From: Azolla caroliniana
Lineage: Eukaryota; Plantae; Polypodiophyta
DNA length: 64,000 nt
NCBI GenBank assembly: GCA_043228905.1
Contig: JBHGNT010000015.1
Span: 19,902,001 to 19,966,000, forward strand
Direction of reading: 5' to 3'
The notes under the pieces: generated by a model
Seen by the model: the letters and a program-made list of their open reading frames with translations, nothing else
Told to the model about the DNA's origin: nothing
Database searches by the model: none
Program-made: the position numbers and the translations under genes
Shown: in pieces, positions 14,221 through 25,200 of the stretch
How positions within the stretch are numbered: position 1 is the stretch's first letter
Layout of the letters: each line of letters begins with the position of its first letter

Positions 14221-14701
14221 ATGCTGCAAATTCGTCCACCCAAAGGTTAACACTCCAACTGATCCAGATCTAAGCAAGAACTGTAAGAGAAAGGCTGATG
14301 AAGAGAACATGGAAAATAATGGTGCAAATACCCTTAATTCCACATATGTTAATGTGGATTGTTCAGGCAGCCTGCCAAAGGAGCTTTTATGGATAGCACA
14401 TTGCCACTAAATAACCAATCAGTTAAGGAACTCATTTAAAATAGCCAAAACAGTTCAACATGAAATGCATGTATTGTAGCTATATCGTGTAGTCAGACAA
14501 TCACTTGAAAGCTGAAACTATCAGTGACTCCTCCAAATCCTTTTGAGAAGATGGTCAAGCCATCAAGAGTTTGCATTAACTTCTACATTATGTCATGGAA
14601 AATAAGACAAAACATAATAAGCAAACTCAAGGTCTCACTATTCACAATCAATGTGTGTCAGCATGGTAATATCAACAAGATGACACAGAATCCCTCTACC
14701 T

Positions 14702-14965
14702 GCTAGTGACCTTCAGCATATGATATGCAACAAAACACAATGGCTCGTGACCTTCAGCATAAAATATGCAACAAAACATAATGGCTAGTGACTTTCATCA
14801 TATGGCATGCATCAAATCATAACAGCTTTACATAGGACCTTCAGCATATGATATGCAACAGAACATAATGGCTAGTGACCTTCAGCATAAAATATGCAAC
14901 GAAACATAATGGCTAGTGACTTTCATCATATGACATGCATCAAATCATAACAGCTTTACATAGCA
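14702..14965. repeat. ~41-bp minisatellite with ~128-bp higher-order duplication
   Basis: Unit gctagtgaccttcagcatatgatatgcaacaaaacacaatg. A triplet of variants is repeated twice. Confidence 0.85.
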
Positions 14966-16041
14966 TGATACAATGGCACCCATATTGATCAATAATCCTC
15001 CCAACTATAAAACCTTTTCTTAAAAGGTCACAAATATTTGCATCTTTATTAACCTGATTGAAACACATAATGGATAATGTTGAGTCCACTATATAAACTG
15101 GATTTTCTTATAAGGTCAAATACTTTCCTGCTATCACGTAAGCCAATTGGAAGAAAATCGTTTCTCAAAAAAGGATGATTAACTCCTCCAATTATTATTT
15201 CAAACATTCTCCCAAACGCACAAGCTTCCCATTACATTGTTGCCTACATTAACTCATCCTTCACTGGGTTTCCAACGAAAGAGTGGCTGTTGTTCATCAT
15301 TAATCCTCTATGACCAATGATCTCAACTTCTGACATCATGGTACTTTCACAAGAGGCTTGCATCCTAAACATTTGAAGAAGTTTTTTCATTCAAAAGACA
15401 GAAATTGCTTCTCAAAGAGGGTGTCACTTACTCATATTCTATTCTTCTATGCTTGGGCTTGATGTGTAAGGTAATGGACTTTTCAGCAAGATTGTCCGAG
15501 TAGGTCAACTTCAAAATAGTCAATATTATGGAAGAAGAAGATCATGCCTGATCAAATATAAAAAAGTTCATTTCAAAACATCTGAAAGGTTTAGCATACA
15601 AGAAAAGGAAAACATCATGAATGCTAAAGTATACAGAAGTTAACTTTAAGCCACCTAAATGCTAACAATATAAAAGTTGGCTCATCAAAATCTAGCATTT
15701 TGGATGAAGTTATTGATGGGAATGCCTAATGAGGGACAAGAAAGTGAACTTAAAATCATCCAAAAGGAAACACTCGCACAAGACAAAATACAAGTGAGTT
15801 AACTTCAAACCATTCAGATACAAATATTCTGGGAAAAAGTTTGTACCTGATCAAAGTATTAGCAAAAGTAAGCAAGATTCTAGCACTATGGAAGAAGATC
15901 AGACCATCAACCATGAATTACAAGAAAGTTAATTTGAAATCATCTAGAAGAAGAAGAGGAGGAGGAGGAAGAAGACAAGCATGCCTAATGATAGCTAACT
16001 TCAAAGCATATTAAAAAATAAATAAGAAAGAAATAAGAGGG

Positions 16042-16824
16042 TCATGCCTGCTCCGTAGCTCGTTTATCGCCTCTTCTGTCATATTCATAAGCAAAACCAG
16101 GAATAGGAGGGGTGAGAGTAGCAGGAGACAGACCAGGAAATGGTGCCATATCCGGAACTCTAGCAGCTTCTTGCAAACCAAGAGGCAATGCAGCTATGGC
16201 TTCTCTCTTCAATCTAAGCCTGATCGTTGCTCCCGCTTGAAATTTTCTGTCTTCATGCATCAACAATCTGCTATATGCTTTGGCTAGCCTCATTCCTTCC
16301 TCTTTAGTCAGAGGGACTGGCTCCGTTTTCGTCATCTCTTCTTCAACAGCAGGGCCTGCTCTAATTTCTTCTTTATCTCCTTCTTGTTTCTCGTCTGATG
16401 GAACTTTCTTATTCTTCTTCAACGATTTCTCTTTTGCTTTCTCTTGCTCTATCTCGATCTGACGAGCTTTTGTCATAAGACCATATTTCTCCATTTCCTG
16501 TTCTCTCAGCCTTTCTTTCTCCTTGACGTAACGAACGGGCGATGGAGCTTCCAGGGCTTTGACAATCAGATCATCGAAACGAACTCGGTCTTTGTCGGTG
16601 GGAGCCGAAGAATCGGGCCCACCTTTCTTCTTCTTCTTCTTCTCTTCTTTCTTCTTCTTCTTCTTCTTGACGCCATCATCTTCGGAGGCGCGAGCGAACT
16701 GAGCTTTCTGAGTGGAGAGGAAGCTAGGCTGGAGGAGGAGGAGGTCGGTCTGGTTCTTCTTCGGCTGCAGAAGGGGGGTGAGGGGGCGGCGGCTGCTGCA
16801 GAGGCGGCGAATGGCGAAAGCCAT
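16042..16824 (-). CDS. Mitochondrial large ribosomal subunit protein mL40-like (MRP-L28 family), 260 aa, intronless CDS
   Basis: Arg/Ser-rich mitochondrial-type presequence and Lys-rich tract. C-terminal LAKAYSRLLM..EAIAALP.GLQEAARVPD..PFP...ATLTPPIPG matches the recalled mL40 signature. Confidence 0.8.
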   Translation of the reverse strand: MAFAIRRLCSSRRPLTPLLQPKKNQTDLLLLQPSFLSTQKAQFARASEDDGVKKKKKKKEEKKKKKKGGPDSSAPTDKDRVRFDDLIVKALEAPSPVRYVKEKERLREQEMEKYGLMTKARQIEIEQEKAKEKSLKKNKKVPSDEKQEGDKEEIRAGPAVEEEMTKTEPVPLTKEEGMRLAKAYSRLLMHEDRKFQAGATIRLRLKREAIAALPLGLQEAARVPDMAPFPGLSPATLTPPIPGFAYEYDRRGDKRATEQA

Positions 16825-16872
16825 AGCTGGGAACGCGGCAGGAGCACAGAGATTCTGTGGCGACGAAAATGG

Positions 16873-16889
16873 TTTTTAGGGTTTTAGGG
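16873..16889 (-). promoter_or_regulatory. Telo-box-like motif (AAACCCTA) just upstream of the mL40-like ATG
   Basis: The + strand reads tttttagggttttaggg, ~50 bp 5' of the start codon. Telo-boxes are typical of plant ribosomal-protein genes. Confidence 0.6.
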
Positions 16890-16959
16890 GGTTCCCTGTG
16901 TGTCCGTCCATGGTTCGGTTCGAACCGAACCGAACCGAACCGTTGCCGATTGTTACTTG

Positions 16960-17590
16960 GTATTGGCCTTGGCCTTGGTCTTGGTCTTGGTCATGGTCTT
17001 GGTAAGATATCCATCAGACCTATTCACTTTCGTGACACCCGTTTCATTCTTGGTCTTGGTCTTGGTCTTGGTCTTCGCCTCGGTAAGATATCCATCGGAC
17101 CTATTTGCTTTCGTGACACCCCGTCCATTCTTGGTCTTGGTCTTCGCCTCGGTAAGATATCCAGCGGACTATTTGCTTTCGTGACACCCCGTCCATCCTT
17201 GGTCTTGGTCTTCGCCTTGGTAGATCTCTAGCGGACTATTTGCTTTCGTGACACCCCGTCCATCCTTGGTCTTGGTCTTCGCCTTGGTAGATCTCCAGCA
17301 GACCTATTTGCTTTCGTGACCCATTCTTGGTCTTGGTCTTGGTCTTGGTCATGGCCTTAGTAAGATATCCAACGGACCTATCTGCTTTTGTGACACCCCC
17401 ACTGTTCTTGGTCTTGATCATGGTCATGGTCATGGCCATGGCCTTGATAAGATATCCAACAAACCTATCCACTTTCATGATCCCCCTGATCTTGGTCATG
17501 TTCACGGTCATGGTCATGGCCTTGGTAAGATATCCAACAAACCTATATCCACTTTTGTGACCCCCCGATTGTTCTTGATCTTGGTCTTCT
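16960..17590. repeat. Compound minisatellite: 8 units of 67-87 bp, each with a variable (CTTGGT/CATGGT)n tract
   Basis: An agat(a/c)t anchor occurs at ~17005, 17086, 17155, 17222, 17289, 17363, 17450 and 17528. Confidence 0.9.
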
Positions 17591-17614
17591 GATGGAATTG
17601 TGTTCATCGTCAGC

Positions 17615-17790
17615 ATGTGAGGGAGAAAGGATAAATGTCTTCTATATACAGTCGTCCATAGAAGACAACTCATGAGGGAGATGGAAAAGGATAAATGTCT
17701 TCTACATACAGTCATCCATAGAAGACAGCTCGTGAGGGAGATGGAAAAGGATAAATGTCTTCTACATATAGTCGTCCACAAAAGACAAAT
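17615..17790. repeat. 3 x 60-bp tandem repeat, each with an internal hairpin
   Basis: Unit gagggagatggaaaaggataaatgtcttcta...tagaagaca. tgtcttcta and tagaagaca are reverse complements; the third unit is imperfect. Confidence 0.9.
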
Positions 17791-17814
17791 TTACAAATGT
17801 CCATGAATCTGTGA

Positions 17815-17898
17815 GCCCATGGCAAGGATCGAACTTGGGTTCTCTCAAAAGTTGTGACTTGAATGCTATGGTGTAAACCACCGGGCCACCTCATGAGC
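17815..17898 (-). mobile_element. tRNA-derived SINE-like head
   Basis: The minus strand reads GCTCATG..TGGCCCGGTGG (A box)...GTTCGATCC (B box)..CATGGGC. The ends pair as a 7-bp acceptor-like stem. No canonical anticodon arm. Confidence 0.6.
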
Positions 17899-18220
17899 AA
17901 TTGACAAAAAGACAACATTTCCTTGCCTAGGATAATTAAGGAAATGTGAGTCCCTTACTTTTTGCAATTTTTACACATCCTATTTTAACAACATCACACA
18001 ATTCTCTATTGTTGGTGAGACAAATAGGAGTGGGTGTCAATCCATCCCTAACCATACTAATGAACAAATTGCACAAATTCTATGTTCAATATCAAATCCA
18101 CATGAATGAGTCAAACTTAGTTCATCACGTAGTATCTATGACTAAGGAAAGAGACAAAAATGTAGCGAAATGAGTATGGTCAATGGTATTAAAAGGATGC
18201 TTAACAAGTTTACAATCGAC

Positions 18221-18500
18221 CATAAGTTAATTTCTAGACTTGTACATGAAATTGTGTTGCTCAGTGAATTATTTGATTAGGAGGTGATATACAACGTCCA
18301 AGTGTACGAAAATGGTTGACATAAGTTAATTTCTAGATCTGTACATGAATTCTTGCTACTCAAAGAATTATTTGACTACCAAGTAATATACAATGTCTCA
18401 ATATATGGAAATGGTTAACATAAGTTAAATTCTAGCTTTGTGCATGAATTTGTATTATTCATGATGTTTACTAGGTAAGTTATTTGGTTAGGAGGAAATA
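18221..18500. repeat. Diverged tandem repeat, ~3 x 99 bp
   Basis: cataagttaa(a/t)ttctag occurs at 18221, 18320 and 18419. Confidence 0.85.
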
Positions 18501-19401
18501 TAACATAACGTCTCCCCTACTATTGGAAGCATATGGGACATATATAGGCTTATATTTGTGAACTTTTTGAAGGGGAAAGAGAAGGAACTCACTAAGCTAC
18601 ATACATCATAAACAAATATATTTGTTTGTCACATCTAATGAACAACTATTTTTGTTACATCTATTGAACAACAATCTGGTTGGGAAAATGAGGCGAGTGA
18701 TACAAACCAGTTCTCGTACTTAGGCAGCCATAAATATGCTATGATCATAAGCTCATTGACAAAGATCTCTACAAAAACTATGATATCTTACCAACAAATA
18801 CGTATATATAGGTTGCTAGGCCAACACTCTTTCCTATCTGCTCAAGACTAAACTTCAATACGACATCATCATATGCTTGTTTTCCAAAGCCTTTACTAAG
18901 TTTTTGGTACCTAAACAACAAATTTGTATAATTAATAATCTTAATCTTGAGATATACCATTATTGGAACAATTGGTTAAGATTCCATTTGTCATCAAACA
19001 ATCAAATGAATGAACGAATGAATAGTACTATGCAGTTTACAATGGAGTTTTCAATCCACCCAAGAATCTTCATTGGCATACAAGTGTTGGCAATAGTGCT
19101 TGTTTTCCAAGCCCTTCACAATATTTTTGTTGCCCAAACAAAGAATTAGTATATGTCACAAAGTTGAGGTTCATGTATGGCTAAGAAAAGGTGGAGCCAA
19201 TGAGACCATAATGCATACATTGACATGTGATGTAAGCCATGGGATATATATCATCCAATGTGCACCATCCATGCCATGAGGTACATGATTGCATGTGCAT
19301 TTGTATGCAGATAATCATCCCTAGTTCTCGCAAGCAACATATAAGAGTCCATTCTTGCCATTTCTAATAATGAACATGCACATAATCATCACCAAGTTGG
19401 A

Positions 19402-22159
19402 CTATGCAATGGCCGTGTCGGGTACCTTTACTCTATTTGTACCCACAATTTGCCCCCCAACATCTGGGAAAGTTTCATGACCTGGAAGCGGTACTATTTT
19501 TCCAAGTGGATCCACCTTTATGGGATAAGGCATAAGATGACCCTTCATATCACTTGCCTCTTCAGCAATGTATTTCTTCCAATTCTCGTTTGCAAGTTCT
19601 TGGACTCTATGCACACATTCCAATGTCCATGGTTGTTGAAAACAATCTTCATCAACTCCCAAATGTTCCGCCCAAAGAGATCTTCGATACCCATGTATCT
19701 AAGAGTATAGAAACAGGTGGTCAGAAAATGTGTTAATGCAGTTTAACTTTTTAGGGTGGCTAAGTATGTAAACAATGTGATGTGGTTTAAACATACCCAT
19801 GTATCCAAGAGTGTAGCAAAAGGTTGTCTTAAAATGTATAAACATAGTTATGTGGTTCAAATATACCAAAACCTTGAACTCTAGTTTGATGGAATTGTGT
19901 CCCACTGAGATGTTTGTTTTGTTGTTGTGACTCTATGAACACATAATTGCCTCAAAGATACCTAGACCCTAAACATTAGTTTGCCGGAAAGTTGTCCAAT
20001 TGAAGAAAAATTGTGTTCCATACACATAATTTCCCACTAACCTGACCCTTAAGAGGACCTCTGTTTAAGGATGCCAAAACCCTAAAACCCTACTCTATTT
20101 ACTTTGTGGCAAAGTTTGTCACAGTGAAATCCGTTTTGTGTTTCCTCATTGAAATATTTTTTATTCTCTTTTCAAACCCCCATTTTCACCTTTTCCTCAG
20201 GGTACCTGTCCAATATTGGTGTGTTTCCATTGACCCTTAGTTAGAAACCTAAAACCCTGAGTCCCGAAAATTGTAAAACATAACCATATGGAAATTTTGA
20301 ACGATTAAAATTGCTTTTTATCCAGTGGCATCAGTTGTTACTTACCTGACCCTTGGGAGGCTCCTCTTTTTTCTCCCACGAGTAACAAGGCTGATAAGCA
20401 CCAATGGCTATCTCTGTATCTCGACAACCATCCATAGATCGCTGGTTTATGTTAGCTGATCCCATAACCAAATACTCATCATCGACAATCATTCCCTTCG
20501 AATGAACATATATCATGAATCGTCGAGTTTTTTGGGCAGACAGCTGAAATTATAAAAACATGTTATTTCTGAATACTCTCTTTGGAAGAACAATATCTCT
20601 ATCTCCATAATTAGTGAAAAAGACATGCACACAAAAGCAACAGAGGGTGCCCATCTTTAGGATTTCTACAAAGAGCTGTGAATATGTACAAAAGAGTATG
20701 TGAACAATTACAACACTACAATCATATGCTAAAAGGGTGTTCCATCTCTTTACAGCCAGTTCTCCCATCTTATATGCATCCACCTCAACCTTGAGTTGGG
20801 GAAATATATTTGACAAACAAGAATAAGGATCATGACCAATTCTAGTCCAATATCAGTGGTTTCTAACATTGTAACAGAGTAGGAATTTTGGGTATGAACC
20901 TAGATCAATGCTGAGGATCAAGAACAACAAATTATATGCAATTGAAAGGAAGTCACAACATTCTTTTCGGAAGTGGTTTGACTACTCAAAAGGAGGTAAT
21001 AAACATTGGCTAGTCCAAATATCTATTTTCTGTCGAAAATGCCGCTTGACTGTGCTCTGCCACTGTAATACTTTTTTAAAAGTCCTATGATGCGGAATAG
21101 TTTAATATATAATCTCACTCGATGTACTGCGCACCCTCTATACCTAACTAAGGTTCCCTATAAACGTAAGTAGAATTAAGATACATGCATTTTTCATACT
21201 TAAGGTATACCTGAATACGTCCTGAAGATTGGCTTTCCCTCAATGTCTCTGGTTTTTTCAGTTCTCGATTCCCCAAGCAAAAGAAGTTCAAAAAATCAGT
21301 TGATTTGTATTGTTTATCAAGGTTCATCTCATTCAATGCATTTGTAATGATAGTATACATCATCTCCATTGTTTGGCTCTGATAAATAGACAACAAAGAA
21401 ACATTACAAGCATTAAATTGTACACCGTAATCACCTTCAATGAATTGAAGTTGGAAAGCATGAAAGGTTATTGTATGAGATAAGTCACCTGGAAGAAAAG
21501 CATTTTTTGAATCGCGTTATTGTTAGGAGTACCCTCCGGCCACATTGGTATCACAATATAAACAGCAAATGGCTGCCGAGATTTTATCTTCTTGGCAATC
21601 TTTAAGGCAATCTCAATTGGAACCAAATGATTTGAACCTTTAAAAGAATTAAGAAAGAGCTTGAAAAATGGATTGCAATGAGTTATGTGCTTTAGCTTAA
21701 CTAATAGGAAGCTTCTTTTTTGGAGAGAAAAGAAGTACCTAGGTGCTACATGAAGACTCTAGCACCTGTGCATACACTATTTCCCACCTTAATGAATATT
21801 TATGTTTCTGTAGAAAGCAGGGTGTATATTTTTGAGTTGGAAATACCTGCCGTTTTGTATGATGGCCAACTGAAGGAAGACCCAATGAAATATTGATTCT
21901 CTATGTATATGAAATGTTGAGCTGATCGAATAGCCTTGATGTAAGCTGTATGAATGCCCATGTCTATGGCAATGTTCTTACCCGCAGTAAGGCACTAAAT
22001 ATTAAGCGTCTTGTTAAATTGAAGGGCTAATCTGAAACTGTAGAATTCAATAACAAATTGTTGGATTGCATGCACTCACCTTGTGATTTATGCCTTTGGG
22101 AAACATTTGAGAACACTCAACGGAGAAAGAATTTATAGAGTTTAAAACCTGGCAATTGC

Positions 22160-22240
<81 letters not shown>

Positions 22241-25200
22241 TTTGGAATTGTTGCTGTACCCTAATGGCAAGCCAGGTTTTTACAAACCCATGCACCTTAA
22301 ACCTGATTACATGCATTACTTCACCAGAAGCCATGGCCGAATCTGGTGGTTGAAAATGCGACCTTTGTCGTCTCCGCCGGACAACCTTACCAGCTAAGCT
22401 ACAACTGTCTCGTTGGCAAGGGACAGGCATAATTCAACAGGAGATTTTGTACTTTGGATCACATATTTTGTCGAGGAAATGAGCCCCAAACATTTTCATT
22501 TATAAATAAGGAGTGCCTGACTTAGCCAATTGTCAGTGGAGGTGCATAACCATTGCTTAATTTCTAGCCTTAATTTCACCAACCATCTTTTATTAAAAAT
22601 AAGGGGTTCATAACTTAGGCAATTATCAATGGAGGTGCATAACCATTGCCTAATTCTTGCCTCGATTTCATCAGCCCATGCAACTTTGAAGCCTATGTAT
22701 ACACTTTAGTTCTCATTTGTAGGATCCCCGAAAATTCCAGATTTAGAGAGAGTTTGAGATAAAATCTTGTGAGGGTTGTGAGTTGTGAGTTGTGAGTTGT
22801 AAGTGTTGTATACAGTGTACATTTTCCCCCTTTAGTAAAAGGATCTGCAGCAGGTATGGAGATGTGGGCACAATTGGCCGAACTCCATTATCAAAGTTGT
22901 GTGCGTGCGTGTGTGTATTCCCTTACTATTTTGTGTTCTCACAAATCTGGTTTGTAAAAAAAATTGCCTAATTTTCTCAAACAACTAGAATAAGAGGGAG
23001 GAAGTCAGGATTCAAGTGGGAGCTATGGCTGGAGACGTAGGAAAGGTGAAACGCGAGAACGGGAAGATGCAAATCAAAGATTATCTATATAAAAAAAGAT
23101 TTATCAACCTCTCTCAGAAAAGAAGCCAAAAGGGTATGAAAGATGAAGACCGAACACTCTTATTCACAAATATGCCCTTGGAGTTATCCAATTGACGCTA
23201 TCCCTTGGAAAAGACCATGGTGTTGTGATGTGGCAGATCTGAGGGTAGAAAGGGGAGAAAAAGGTGAAAGGGGACAGCCACAGAAACCAAAATAAATATG
23301 TAAACATGAAAAGAAACATCAAATAAGAAAAAGCTGATGGTCTAATTGTAGGCTATTGATTTTGTGGGGAAAGGTGAAAAGTTCGAACCCTCCCATGTAT
23401 ATACATTTAGGTGGGTGATTCTCTTCTCTCGATATAAAAGAGGGGATGTGAGGGCTTATTTTGGGGTTCATCAGTTTTGGGAGTCTCTAATTTTTCTAGT
23501 TTTAGAGAGAAACTTCTTCTTTATCTTCTTGGGATTTAGGAGGTTTGGGTATTTTTCGTTACTTTCTCTTGGGTTTTCTTCTCTTTCATCATTTGGAGGG
23601 TTATTTAAGCTTTCTTGGTGTTGAGTGGGAGTATGGATTTTGGGCCATACCTCTCCAACTTCTTCTATAGTGAGGGTTGTGTTTTAGGGTTTCGAGGGTT
23701 TATTCTTTTGGGTGGTGAGAGAGGATATTTAGGGGTTCTTCTTACTCAAGAGAAAGGTGCAAGAGGAAGAGAAAAGAGGTATACTCAAAGTAGGATAGGA
23801 GGATCAAAATGAGGGAGTGAAAAGCCATGACGACGAAATCAAGACGACCATCGTTCATGATTCTAGGCCACTGAAACTCGAAGACCTTCCTCCTAGATTG
23901 TTTTCACTTTCTTTTTAATCCACACTTGTTTCTACCCTATGAAAGAGGGGTTTCTCATTATAGTTGCAGGCTAAGCATTTGTTCTTAATATAATATTCTC
24001 TGTAGTAAAAAAAAAATTTGTCTTATACTTCGAGAATCACTCTAATACCATATGTTAGAGATTATTCTTGCGATTATTCCTAATGTAAGCATGAAATGAG
24101 GAAATAAATGATAGATAAATAAGAGAAAGAGAGAGAAAGAAGGGTTCTGACCCACCCAACCACCCCCGAGTGAAGGGATCAAGATGGGCTCAAGCTTTGA
24201 TCGGCGTCCCATACCACTGCCATGACATCGCGTCGTACCTGGGAATAATGTGTCCAATGAGAGTAGCTAGGCCTCATATTTATAACCAGACCTAAGGCCC
24301 CCAAGCAACTTCACACTTGGCCCTTATGGGTTGTCTCAATTCCTAATATAAAAAGTAATCCTCCCTTCTGTTCTCTCAGTTAACCCTCACACTTTATCCT
24401 CATGTGTAGAATACTACAGCACAAACTTCCACAGGATAAATTATGGCCATGCCCGTAACAGGGATGATATGGCTTCAAGGTTTGTTAATTGAGTTAGGAT
24501 TCAAACAAGAGAAGAATGTTCTGCATAGTGATACTCAGAGTGCAATAAATTTGGCAAAAGATTCAGCATTTCAATCTAGAACCAAAGCATATTGAACTCC
24601 GTTACCACTTCATCGTATCTTTATCTGAAGATGAGGTGTTAACACAGGAGAAAATCCAAGGAAGCAAGAATCCAGCGGATAAGTTGATAAAGGCAGTGGC
24701 TATTGACAAACTGAAGTTTTGTTCAACTTCAATTGGCTTGCAAGAGTAGCAAGACCAGAAAGATCTGTTGGGTAGATCGAGGCCTGAAGACAGATTTAAA
24801 TCAGTCTTCAAGTGGACGATTGTGAAGGAAATAAGCCCCAATTTTTTGTTTTTAAAATAAGGATTGCTTAACTTAAGCAACTGTCAATAGAGGTGCATAA
24901 CCATTGCCTAACTTCCAAATTTCACCAATCAAAGTCTTGTATGATTTATTTCCTCAACATTACTCATCCACATTGGAAGCCCTCGATAAGAAATGGAGAA
25001 GGGCCCGACATAAATCTAAGTTTGAGTTTTATCATATTCAATATTAGGAAAAGTATGAAGGCAAATGGCTGAGGCCCAAAGCTTACACTCATGCCCAAGA
25101 GAGCAGAGTATGGCATCACATTTATGTGCTGACACTCACACACATTGAAAATAGAAATTGTTGAGCAGATACAGAGAATACGTGACCTAAGTTTCTATTA

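Noticed and set aside
16857-17781. Overlapping ORFs with LGLGLG / VLVLV / KTKTKT repeats
   Set aside because: These are by-products of the hexamer minisatellite, open in several frames on both strands.
22047-22430. ORFs containing ERERER / LSLSLS runs (also 8518, 41116)
   Set aside because: Translations of (AG)n/(CT)n microsatellites.
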